This document shows, piece after piece, positions 17,286-25,693 of a stretch of DNA of 32,000 nt (positions within the stretch are counted from its first letter, which is position 1; every line of letters begins with the position of its first letter). The notes beneath the pieces were generated by a model that ran no database searches, was not told where the DNA came from, and saw only the letters and a program-made list of their open reading frames with translations. Both the position numbers and the translations under genes were made by a program. The stretch is from Dickeya solani IPO 2222 (GTDB lineage: Bacteria > Pseudomonadota > Gammaproteobacteria > Enterobacterales > Enterobacteriaceae): contig NZ_CP015137.1 in assembly GCF_001644705.1 (NCBI RefSeq), positions 3,660,001-3,692,000 on the forward strand, given 5' to 3'.

Positions 17286-17531
17286 TTACGCCAGCATAGC
17301 GCCCGGCTCAGTCCGGAGGATGATCCGGCCGGGCAGTGCTTCAATGCTGAACGGCGGGGTGAGTAATCCGCACTGGGTAAGCCAGTCGCCTGCCAGCGTC
17401 AGTTCCCCGTTATCACCAACCTGGTCCGTGCCTTCAGTAATACCGGGAATAGCCAGATGAACGTCTTTTGGAATTGAGGTGATATATTCCTCAGTTTCAG
17501 GCAGAGGTAGATGGCTGATGTGATCGATTTT
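17286..17531 (-). pseudogene. SymE/AbrB-fold-like gene remnant, copy 2 (81 open codons with no ATG/GTG/TTG start)
   Basis: Minus-strand translation: KIDHISHLPLPETEEYITSIPKDVHLAIPGITEGTDQVGDNGELTLAGDWLTQCGLLTPPFSIEALPGRIILRTEPGAMLA*. It is bounded upstream by a TAA (17532-17534 on the plus strand). The only canonical start codon is 3 codons before the stop. Confidence 0.5.
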
Positions 17532-17736
17532 TTAAGCGATAACAATCTCATCGGCCTGAAGACTTGCGTTCATTCTGAGTGGTTCTGCTCCATCATCCCG
17601 GCCTCGGATGCTTTTTCCCGTTACACATCGGCGACACAGAACTCGCTCGCGTTGGCCTCACCGATAATGCTTTCCCGACGCTCTGTATCCTACATGTCCG
17701 TGCTGGCCCAACAGTTTCGGGTCACCTTGGGTATGG

Positions 17737-18537
17737 TCATGCAGGTTCTTTCATCCATGGCTGAAGAAATTGGTTAAACGCCCGAATAAGGCGTGGTTGT
17801 AGCGCGGTTAACATACCTTTATCCAGTACTGGCCGCCCCGGTTCATCAATGTGCTTACAATCCATGTAGTTCGTATAGCGGAGTTCAAACTGCATGGCCT
17901 CTACCTGTTGGCCATAATGACGACGCAGAATATAAACGCCGGCAAAGGGATCATTGACAGAGGTCGTAAATCCTTCGCTGACAAGAATGTTTTGCAGATT
18001 ATTTATCGTAGCGGCATGGCTTGAAACACCATGCAGGTTGCCTAAACAAATATCGTTATCCGACGGTCCCATAAAAGCATGTAAATCAATCAACAGACAT
18101 GAACCGAAGCGGGCTACTGTCTCCGTCAACAGTTTCCCCAAAGCCTGATGAAAGGGCTCATGATAAAGCCGTATACGCTTGGTAAGTTCGTCATTCCCAG
18201 GATGGGTAGTGTGGGTCCGCTGGCCTGAAAGAAGTGTCTGTGCTACAGGTGTACGACCAAACGGCCCGTAAAGTTCCCCGCTGGCATCTCTGTTAAGGTC
18301 TACAACATAACGGCTGTGGGTCGCTGTTATGGTAGTTACACCAAGGTCAGGTAAGAAGCTAAAAACCTCAGGAATAAACCAGTCGGTGTTTCTTAGCCAC
18401 GCCAGATGCTCAGGAGTAAATTGCGCCGCGATGGTTGAAGGAACATACAAACCACTATGCGGGATGCTGGCGATGACAGGTACTGCCTTAACGCGCGGTG
18501 GTATGATTTCAAAAACGGGATGTTCATGGCTGCTCAT
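17737..18537 (-). CDS. N-formylglutamate amidohydrolase (FGase/HutG) family protein
   Basis: 266-aa ORF with IASIPHSGLYVP...ATHSRYVVDLNRD...LLIDLHAF, matching the FGase-family pattern (PHxG ... SRxxxDxNR ... DxH). Shine-Dalgarno AGGAA is correctly placed on the minus strand. Confidence 0.7.
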   Translation of the reverse strand: MSSHEHPVFEIIPPRVKAVPVIASIPHSGLYVPSTIAAQFTPEHLAWLRNTDWFIPEVFSFLPDLGVTTITATHSRYVVDLNRDASGELYGPFGRTPVAQTLLSGQRTHTTHPGNDELTKRIRLYHEPFHQALGKLLTETVARFGSCLLIDLHAFMGPSDNDICLGNLHGVSSHAATINNLQNILVSEGFTTSVNDPFAGVYILRRHYGQQVEAMQFELRYTNYMDCKHIDEPGRPVLDKGMLTALQPRLIRAFNQFLQPWMKEPA

Positions 18538-19336
18538 ACAGATTCCTATGGCTAAAAACGTATAGGCAATTTGGCTATCGTAAACAAGGTGGTTAACAAT
18601 GGAAATCCACTATGTAGATTGACCATTATGTATTTGGCTATTTAAATGATCTCTTAACGTAATGCCGAACAATTACGCTTGATAAGGCGGGAAAACGGAG
18701 GGCCCAGAGAGGGGTAATTAAAATTGTGTAATCGTCTATTTTTGATATGGTTACTGCAACATCAGGAACAGGTGCGTTTACTGATGAAAAAAAACGATTA
18801 CAGACTCTTACCATCAAGTTAGCAACAAATCTCAAAACCCTGAAAATGGCGATTACACGGAATCGCGCACAGGTTCGAGATTAATCAGCGTTTCAGTCAT
18901 CTCCTTTACCAGTCACGGTAACCAGCTCCCGATAATCAAGCCCATCTCAGCCAGCAGTTTTAAGCTTGATCAGTAAAGGGAGGGTTGGGCTTGCCGTCGC
19001 CCCACACAGTTTCACCGCCCCGCCCTTGTTAGCGGGCGTAGGCCGCGTTGATGCGATTTATCCCACCGTTTCTTATTTCTTCTGTTATTTCCCAAGCTTC
19101 GGCCGACATCCTCGACAAGTAGCCATTCAAAACCGGTGTAAAGTGTCGGCGATAATGCCGATAACGGTGATGGAAGGATGACATGGCGCGCATTAACGCT
19201 ATCCCATGCGCATTCTTGTCGGGCATGCCTTTGTTCATGCGGGCTGCTGGAGTAGAGTAGGTGGTTCCCTGTGGCGATTCCTGAACAGAGGGAGTGGCAT
19301 ATCAGGCAGCGGGCCCTGATGTGAATCAACGGGAGG

Positions 19337-20500
19337 ATGCGTATGGGGATTTCTCCGGCGCTGATTGCGCAGGCCGTTGAATGGCGGCGCAAACTGCATG
19401 CCAATCCGGAACTGGGCTATCACGAGCGTCAGACGTCCGGGATGGTGGCGACGTTGCTTGTCACCTTCGGTTTTCAGGTGCATACCGGGTTGGCGGATAC
19501 TGGCGTAGTGGGAACGCTGGAGAACGGGCCTGGTCCTGTCATTGGGCTGCGGGCCGACATGGATGCGCTGCCGGTTACCGAACTGGGCGATCTGGCTTAT
19601 AAATCCCAGCGTCCCGGCGTCATGCATGCCTGCGGTCATGACGGGCATACCGCCATGCTGCTGGCTGCTGCCTGCCATCTTAGTGAAACCCGCCGTTTCA
19701 GTGGTACGGTGCGCGTGGTGTTTCAGCCGGCGGAAGAGAATCTGGGCGGCGCGCGGCGCATGGTGGAAGAGGGATTGTTTACCCGTTTTCCAATGGATGA
19801 CATCTATGCGTTGCATAACTGGCCGGGACTGCCTGTTGGGCATGTCGGGCTGAGCAGCGGGGCGATGATGGCCTCACTGGACTCGTTTGAAATCGTGCTG
19901 ACAGGCCAAAGCTGTCATGCCGCCATGCCGGAAAACGGCGCCGACCCGATTATGGCCGCCTCTCAACTGGTGCTATCGTTACAGACTATCCCTTCTCGAC
20001 GCTTGTCGCCTCAGTCGTCTGCGGTGATCAGTATCACGCAGATTGCCGGCGGCGAGGCCATCAACGTTATTCCAGAAAAAGTGGTGCTGCGTGGCACGCT
20101 GCGTTGCCTGCAAGCCTCAGTGCGCGAGCAGGTGAAGGCGTTGATTGCGCAGTTTGTGGCGCAAATTCCCGAAGTTTTCGGCGTCACTGGCTCCATTGCT
20201 TATTACCCCGGCTACCCGGTTACCCAAAATGACGCACGGGCGGCGCAGGCGGTGCGCGAGGTGGCGGAAACGACGTTTGGCGCGAGTCAGGTGCATTGGG
20301 AAATCGCGCCTTCCATGGCGTCCGAGGATTTCGCCTGCATGTTGGAACACTGTCCTGGTGCCTATTTCTGGTTAGGGGCCGATGGCGATACGCCCTCTCG
20401 TCCGCTGCATAATGCCTGTTATGACTTCAATGACGCGTTGATTCCACATGGTGTCGCTATGTGGGTGGCGTTGGTGGAAAACCGGTTGCCGATGGGGTAA
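19337..20500 (+). CDS. M20-family amidohydrolase (N-acyl-amino-acid amidohydrolase / hippurate hydrolase-like)
   Basis: WRRKLHANPELGYHERQT...GLRADMDALP...MHACGHDGHTAMLL...FQPAEE is the canonical M20D signature. The ATG at 19343 is better spaced from GGAGG (19332-19336) than the tracked ATG at 19337. Confidence 0.9.
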   Translation: MRMGISPALIAQAVEWRRKLHANPELGYHERQTSGMVATLLVTFGFQVHTGLADTGVVGTLENGPGPVIGLRADMDALPVTELGDLAYKSQRPGVMHACGHDGHTAMLLAAACHLSETRRFSGTVRVVFQPAEENLGGARRMVEEGLFTRFPMDDIYALHNWPGLPVGHVGLSSGAMMASLDSFEIVLTGQSCHAAMPENGADPIMAASQLVLSLQTIPSRRLSPQSSAVISITQIAGGEAINVIPEKVVLRGTLRCLQASVREQVKALIAQFVAQIPEVFGVTGSIAYYPGYPVTQNDARAAQAVREVAETTFGASQVHWEIAPSMASEDFACMLEHCPGAYFWLGADGDTPSRPLHNACYDFNDALIPHGVAMWVALVENRLPMG

Positions 20501-20637
20501 ATGTCTCTGGTCTGGATGGGGTGGCTGGAATAATTGACGCCAATGGAAACTATTTTTCCATAAAGTATGATTTTTATTTTTTCTTGATTCAAATTGCAAT
20601 TGGAATAATAAAATAGAAACTGTTTCCTATAAATTCT

Positions 20638-20667
20638 GTTGCCAGAGTGGTGGCAACCGCTTTTTTT
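20638..20667 (+). terminator. Candidate rho-independent terminator downstream of the M20 gene
   Basis: Stem GTTGCCA (20638-20644) / TGGCAAC (20651-20657), then CGC and T7 (20661-20667). It lies about 140 nt after the stop, so the assignment is tentative. Confidence 0.4.
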
Positions 20668-21054
20668 GGTGATTCATAGCGGATACGCCATGTGATGTGG
20701 CTTTTAATTGAATGATGATTCGGCGCTTTATTTGCTTTTCATGACGAAAATAGTGGTGAAATGTTTCATTTACGTTATGCCCTGGCATGAAAACAATCAT
20801 TTTTGCGCCATGTGAATATTCCATATAAAAAATCAGTTTATTCCTTAAAGTAATTAGTTGGTTAATTATTTTAAAATCTAACGAAATTAGAGAGGCCAAA
20901 AATACCCGTTTTTTGGAAAATTGCAATGCAGGGTTATATCACTGTTTCGCCGGTAATAACGTATATTTTTTAGTTGCCATATCTAATTATATTATTGATT
21001 TTTATTGTATTTTTTTATTTTTTGGAGCTTATGGATATCAAAAATACATTAGCG

Positions 21055-21084
21055 TTGACCATGTGTCAGCGTTATGTGTATGAT
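21055..21084 (+). promoter_or_regulatory. Candidate sigma-70 promoter for the tss core operon
   Basis: TTGACC (21055-21060), an 18-nt spacer, then TATGAT (21079-21084), preceded by an extremely AT-rich tract. This is a pattern match only. Confidence 0.3.
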
Positions 21085-21243
21085 TGGCGAACGAAGCAGA
21101 AATATATCTACACATTTTGAATACAGTTCTGTCGTTTTTTATTGGCTTACTGATTCCATACGGTTTAAGAATGCGTTGATTGAATGCGCCGAGGCGGCGG
21201 GTTCTATTTCGTGCATATCGTCGGTCGAAAAACAAACATATCC

Positions 21244-21364
21244 AAAATAATTCGAGTTGCAGGAAGGCGGCAACTGAATGAATCTCCGGGAGCTTACATA
21301 AGTCAGTGACCGGGGTGAATGAGAGCAGCCAACACACCTGCAACTTGAAGTATGAAGGATATAG
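21244..21364. repeat. ERIC (enterobacterial repetitive intergenic consensus / IRU) element
   Basis: AATTCGAGTTGCAGGAAGGCGGCAAC...GAATCTCCGGGAGCTTACATAAGTCAGTGACCGGGGTGAATGAG...CCAACACACCTGCAACTTGAAGTATGA closely follows the ERIC consensus, including the central region targeted by the ERIC1R/ERIC2 primers, and has the expected long imperfect palindrome. Confidence 0.8.
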
Positions 21365-21472
21365 CCTATTTGTTCGCTGAACAGCCCGATCTGTCATGGA
21401 TTCTGGCGGGTCATTCAGTAGGATTCGACCTTATTTTTTCGGGCCAGGGTGCCCTCACGTTGGTATTGACAT

Positions 21473-21976
21473 ATGGCAAAAGGAACTGACGGTGCATCTG
21501 TCGCACCAAAGGAACGTATTAATATCAAATATGTCCCGGCCACTGGTGGTCAGCAGGCGGAAATTGAACTGCCGCTTACGCTGATGGTGGTGGGAAATAT
21601 GAAAGGACGCACAGAAGAGACGCCGATTGAAGAACGTCAGACGGTGTCTATCGACAAGAACAACTTCACTTCGGTGATGAAAGAGGCCAACCTGGAGCTG
21701 AATTTCAGCGTGCCTAACCGTCTGGAAGAAGACAGCCAGGATGACCTTCCCGTCAAACTCAGCATTGCTTCGCTGAATGATTTCTCCCCCGACCGCATCG
21801 CCCAGCAAGTGCCGGAATTGCACAAATTGCTGGAACTGCGTGAAGCCCTGGTCGCGCTGAAAGGGCCGCTGGGTAATATTCCCGCTTTCCGTAATCGCCT
21901 GCAGGATCTGTTGTCCAGCGAAGAAGCCAGAGCGCAGCTGCTCAAAGAGTTGGATCTGGTGAAACCCGCCGAATAA
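21473..21976 (+). CDS. tssB: T6SS contractile sheath small subunit TssB (VipA/ImpB)
   Basis: 167 aa. KERINIKYVPATGG...ELPLTLMVVGNM is the conserved TssB N-terminus. Confidence 0.95.
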   Translation: MAKGTDGASVAPKERINIKYVPATGGQQAEIELPLTLMVVGNMKGRTEETPIEERQTVSIDKNNFTSVMKEANLELNFSVPNRLEEDSQDDLPVKLSIASLNDFSPDRIAQQVPELHKLLELREALVALKGPLGNIPAFRNRLQDLLSSEEARAQLLKELDLVKPAE

Positions 21977-22007
21977 TTGATTGTTACTGACGAGAAGGGA
22001 AACAAAC

Positions 22008-23486
22008 ATGTCAATGGTTGAAGAACAGGCCCAGACAGGCGCGGTCGGCGGTTCGTCGTCGCTGCTTGAAGAAATCATGGCGCAGGCGCGCATCACCCCG
22101 GTGGATGAAGGTTATAACGTCGCCAAGCAGGGGATCGCCGCACTGGTGGCCAACATTCTGGACAGCGGTAACACGGCCGAGCCGGTGAACAAGGCGCTGG
22201 TCGACAGTATGATCGTTGAACTGGACAAGAAACTCAGCAAGCAGATCGACGTGATTCTGCATGCGCAGGAACTGCAGGAGCTGGAATCCTCCTGGCGTTC
22301 GCTGAAACTGCTGGTCGATCGCACCGATTTCCGTGAAAACATTAAGCTCTTGCTGCTGCACGCCACTAAGGATGAGCTGCTGGAAGACTTTGAGTTCGCG
22401 CCGGAAATTACCCAGTCCGGTTTCTACAAACACGTGTACTCCAATGGCTACGGCCAGTTCGGCGGCCAGCCGATCGGCGGGGTGATCGGCGATTACGCGC
22501 TGACTCAGAGTTCGCCGGACATCAAGCTGATGCAGTATGTCAGCGCAGTGGGCGCCATGGCGCACGCGCCGTTCATCTCCTCCGTCGCGCCGACCTTCTT
22601 CGGCGTGGACAGCTTTACCGATCTGCCGTCCATCAAAGACCTGAAATCGGTGTTTGAAGGCCCGGCCTACACCAAATGGCGTTCGATGCGCGAGTCGGAA
22701 GATGCCCGTTATCTGGGCCTGACGGCGCCGCGTTTCCTGGCTCGTCTGCCTTATGACCCGGTAGAAAACCCGATCAAAGGGTTTAATTACAAGGAAGACA
22801 TCCGCGCCAATCACGAACACTATCTGTGGGGCAACACCGCTTACCTTATGGGTACCGCCATCACCGACAGCTTCGCCAAATACCGCTGGTGCCCGAACAT
22901 TATCGGCCCGCAGAGCGGCGGCGCCATCACCGATTTGCCGGTACACGTCTATGAAGCGATGGGCCAGTTGCAGGCCAAGATTCCGACCGAGGTGTTGATC
23001 ACCGACCGCCGCGAATACGAAATGGCCGAAGAGGGCTTCATCACCCTGACCATGCGCAAAGACAGCGACAACGCCGCGTTCTTCTCCGCGAACTCGGTGC
23101 AGAAACCCAAGGTATTCGCCAACACCAAAGAAGGTAAAGAGGCGGAAACCAACTACAAACTGGGTACTCAGCTGCCGTACATGTTCATCATCAACCGTCT
23201 GGCGCACTACATCAAAGTATTGCAGCGCGAGCAGATCGGTTCCTGGAAAGAGCGTCAGGATCTGGAGCGCGAGCTGAATAACTGGATCAAGCAGTACGTC
23301 GCCGATCAGGAAAACCCGCCGGCAGATGTACGCAGCCGTCGCCCGCTGCGCGCCGCCCAGATCAAGGTGCTGGACGTAGAAGGCGAACCGGGTTGGTACC
23401 AGGTGACCATGGCCGTGCGCCCGCACTTCAAATACATGGGGGCGAACTTTGAACTGTCCCTGGTTGGGCGTCTGGATAAGGAATAA
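22008..23486 (+). CDS. tssC: T6SS contractile sheath large subunit TssC (VipB/ImpC)
   Basis: About 492 aa from the ATG at 22008 (MSMVEEQAQ...). Conserved blocks WRSLKLLVDRTDF, APRFLARLPY and FELSLVGRLDKE. The tracked TTG at 21981 would begin only 5 nt after the tssB stop and adds 9 codons with no better Shine-Dalgarno support. Confidence 0.95.
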   Translation: MSMVEEQAQTGAVGGSSSLLEEIMAQARITPVDEGYNVAKQGIAALVANILDSGNTAEPVNKALVDSMIVELDKKLSKQIDVILHAQELQELESSWRSLKLLVDRTDFRENIKLLLLHATKDELLEDFEFAPEITQSGFYKHVYSNGYGQFGGQPIGGVIGDYALTQSSPDIKLMQYVSAVGAMAHAPFISSVAPTFFGVDSFTDLPSIKDLKSVFEGPAYTKWRSMRESEDARYLGLTAPRFLARLPYDPVENPIKGFNYKEDIRANHEHYLWGNTAYLMGTAITDSFAKYRWCPNIIGPQSGGAITDLPVHVYEAMGQLQAKIPTEVLITDRREYEMAEEGFITLTMRKDSDNAAFFSANSVQKPKVFANTKEGKEAETNYKLGTQLPYMFIINRLAHYIKVLQREQIGSWKERQDLERELNNWIKQYVADQENPPADVRSRRPLRAAQIKVLDVEGEPGWYQVTMAVRPHFKYMGANFELSLVGRLDKE

Positions 23487-23492
23487 CGACTG

Positions 23493-23924
23493 ATGCCGTC
23501 ACTCTCTGCCTGGGAGCGGGGATCTGCGGCCAGCCTGTTTGATCGTATCCGGGGAGAGGAGCGCCGTTCCTCTCCCGAAACGGAGTTGGAAGACTTGATC
23601 GAGTCGGTGAAACGCCAGCTCGATCAGGTGCTGAATACGCGCCCCGGCAGTTGTCGCAGCGCACCCGAGCTTGGCGTGATTGATTTCAATGACGCCACGC
23701 AGGGCGGCGCGGACATTCGGGGCAAGATCCGTGAAGCGATCCGACAGTGCATCTGTCGCTTTGAACCGCGAATTGTCCATGTGGACGTCAGTGCGTCGGA
23801 CTATCTGTCCAATCCGCTGGAGATGTCGTTTCAGGTCACCGCGCATGTGCGGCTGGAAGATCTGGAGCAGGTCACCTCCTTCAATATTCATATGGACAGC
23901 CACCGCCATTACAGAATGATGTGA
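23493..23924 (+). CDS. tssE: T6SS baseplate protein TssE (gp25-like lysozyme-fold)
   Basis: 143 aa. LFDRI...SVKRQLDQVLNTRPGS...IRQCICRFEPRI is the GPW/gp25 family pattern. Confidence 0.9.
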   Translation: MPSLSAWERGSAASLFDRIRGEERRSSPETELEDLIESVKRQLDQVLNTRPGSCRSAPELGVIDFNDATQGGADIRGKIREAIRQCICRFEPRIVHVDVSASDYLSNPLEMSFQVTAHVRLEDLEQVTSFNIHMDSHRHYRMM

Positions 23925-25693
23925 TTATGTCGCTGGAACATTTCTTCAGGGATGAGCTCGCCTATTTGCGTCTGCAGGGACGCGAATTCGCCAAGGCACA
24001 CCCTGAACTTACCCGATTTTTGTCAGAACAGACCACGGATCCGGATGTCGAGCGGTTGCTGGAGGGTTTTGCCTTTCTGACCGGCAGCCTGCGGGCGAAG
24101 ATCGAGGATGAGTTTCCGGAGCTGACGCACGGCCTGCTGGGCATGCTGTGGCCGAACTATTTGCGCCCGGTGCCCAGCATGACCATCATGCAGTTTTCGG
24201 TACTGCCCGGCGCCATCGCGCAACCGGCATTCGTGTCGCGCGGTTGCGAGCTGGACAGCCTGCCGATCGACGATGTGGTGTGCCATTTTCAGACCTGCCA
24301 CGATGCCTGGATCTACCCGGCGGATATCCGCCAGATCAACGCGCAAAGCGGCAACGACATGTCCGCCATCACGCTGGATATCGGCCTGCACGGGCCATTA
24401 TCGCTGGGGGATCTGCAGCTCGATAAACTGCGTTTCTTCCTCGGCGGCGACCGCTATACCGCCTATGAGCTCTATTTCTGGATCGCCAGTCAGTTATCGC
24501 ACATTGAGCTGGAAATTGACGGTAAACGCTTCCGTCAGGAAGCGAATGTGCTGAAAACCGTCGGCTTCGAGCGCGAAGACGCGATGCTGCCGTATCCCGG
24601 CAACGTCTACTCCGGCTACCGCATCCTGCAGGAGTATTTCTGTTTTCCGGAAAGTTTTCTGTTCTTCCAGTTGTCCGGCGCCAGTTGGCCTAACCAGCCG
24701 CTGATGGTGACGGATTTCAAACTGCACTTCTGCTTTGACCGGCCGTTGCCGGCGGAACTGAAAATCCGCCCGGATTCGTTCATGCTCAACTGCGTGCCGG
24801 CCATCAACCTGTTCCGCCATGACAGCGAACCTATCAACCTGGACGGCCGCCAGACCGATTACCCGCTCAAAGCCAGCTATCGCCACGCCGACAGTTTCGA
24901 AATTTTCTCCATCGACAAGGTGGAAGGCTGGGTGGAAGGCAACAGCGGGCGCTCGCGCGGCATTCCGCGGCTCTATCAGCCTTTCGAAAGTTTCCAGCAT
25001 CAAATCGAGCGGGCCAAAGGGCGGCTGGCGCTGTATTACCGCATCCGGGTGCGTGAAGCGGTCAGCGGCGACGGTTTCGATCACCTGCTGTCGTTTGTAC
25101 GCGGCGACGAAAAAGAGGTGATCGATCTTGATGAATCCATTTCGGTCAGCCTGACCTGCACCAACCGTTCGCGTGCGGCGCAGTTGCCGGTGGGCGCCAT
25201 CTGCGTACCGACCGGCAGTTCGCCGTCTTTCGCCACTTTCCGCAACCTGATTCGACCGAGCCGCCCGCTGCGGCCGGCGCTCGACGGCAGCCTGCACTGG
25301 ACGCTGATCTCCAACCTGTCGCTGAACTATGTGTCGCTGCTGCGCCGCGATGCGCTGGTGCAGATTCTGCGTACCTACGACTTCCCGGCGTTGCATGACA
25401 AGCAGGCGGAGCAGGCGTCACGCAAGCGGCTGGCGGGGATCGAGACGATTGAAACCACCCCGGTGGACAGGCTGGTGCAGGGGATGCCGGTGCGCGGGCT
25501 CAAGTCGATCTTGTCGGTACGGCAGTCGGCGTTCTCCAGTGAAGGCGAGCTCTATCTGTTCAGCACCGTGCTGGCGCATTTCTTTTCGTTGTACGCCAGC
25601 GTCAACGCCTTCCATTTGCTGGAAGTGGTCAACATCGATAACAAGGAGCGCTACCGATGGCCGGTGCAGATAGGTCAGCACTCGATGATGTAA
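23921..25693 (+). CDS. tssF: T6SS baseplate protein TssF
   Basis: 590 aa. N-terminus FFRDELAYLRLQGREFAKAHPE is typical of TssF. The GTG at 23921 overlaps the tssE stop; the ATG at 23927 is an alternative start. Confidence 0.93.
   Translation: MIMSLEHFFRDELAYLRLQGREFAKAHPELTRFLSEQTTDPDVERLLEGFAFLTGSLRAKIEDEFPELTHGLLGMLWPNYLRPVPSMTIMQFSVLPGAIAQPAFVSRGCELDSLPIDDVVCHFQTCHDAWIYPADIRQINAQSGNDMSAITLDIGLHGPLSLGDLQLDKLRFFLGGDRYTAYELYFWIASQLSHIELEIDGKRFRQEANVLKTVGFEREDAMLPYPGNVYSGYRILQEYFCFPESFLFFQLSGASWPNQPLMVTDFKLHFCFDRPLPAELKIRPDSFMLNCVPAINLFRHDSEPINLDGRQTDYPLKASYRHADSFEIFSIDKVEGWVEGNSGRSRGIPRLYQPFESFQHQIERAKGRLALYYRIRVREAVSGDGFDHLLSFVRGDEKEVIDLDESISVSLTCTNRSRAAQLPVGAICVPTGSSPSFATFRNLIRPSRPLRPALDGSLHWTLISNLSLNYVSLLRRDALVQILRTYDFPALHDKQAEQASRKRLAGIETIETTPVDRLVQGMPVRGLKSILSVRQSAFSSEGELYLFSTVLAHFFSLYASVNAFHLLEVVNIDNKERYRWPVQIGQHSMM

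Larger units (their letters stand above)
15921..17435 (+). repeat. Tandem cassette repeat, copy B (orphan)
   Basis: Same comparison as for copy A. Similarity ends at CCTTC (15741-15745 and 17431-17435). Confidence 0.9.

Noticed and set aside
17511-17777. 88-aa plus-strand ORF between the SymE-like remnant and the FGase gene
   Set aside because: It overlaps the 3' end of the FGase gene and the 5' end of the SymE-like remnant. It has no Shine-Dalgarno sequence and no recognisable family. I cannot exclude a small antisense transcript here, but no protein is supported.
18855-18885. GGTTCGAGA-containing stretch considered as a tRNA 3' fragment or integration (att) scar
   Set aside because: There is no complementary T-stem and no acceptor/CCA context, so a cloverleaf cannot be drawn.
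19029-19238. 69-aa minus-strand ORF (MNKGMPDKNAHGIALMRAM...)
   Set aside because: It has no Shine-Dalgarno sequence, I recognise no family, and it is flanked by frame-broken continuations. I treat it as a possible gene fragment only (see the finding on 18538-19336).
20627-20926. 99-aa minus-strand ORF in the AT-rich region, together with the 119-aa ORF at 21038-21397
   Set aside because: The codon content is low-complexity and driven by AT richness, and there is no ribosome-binding site. The second ORF runs straight through the ERIC repeat.
22011-23426. 471-aa minus-strand ORF inside tssC. Similar long antisense ORFs occur at 4102-5073 (vgrG), 24494-25396 (tssF), 25675-26691 (tssG), 28564-29739 (tssK) and 30548-31906 (clpV)
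   Set aside because: Each lies entirely within a confidently identified plus-strand T6SS gene. Their composition is the typical GC-rich antisense artefact.
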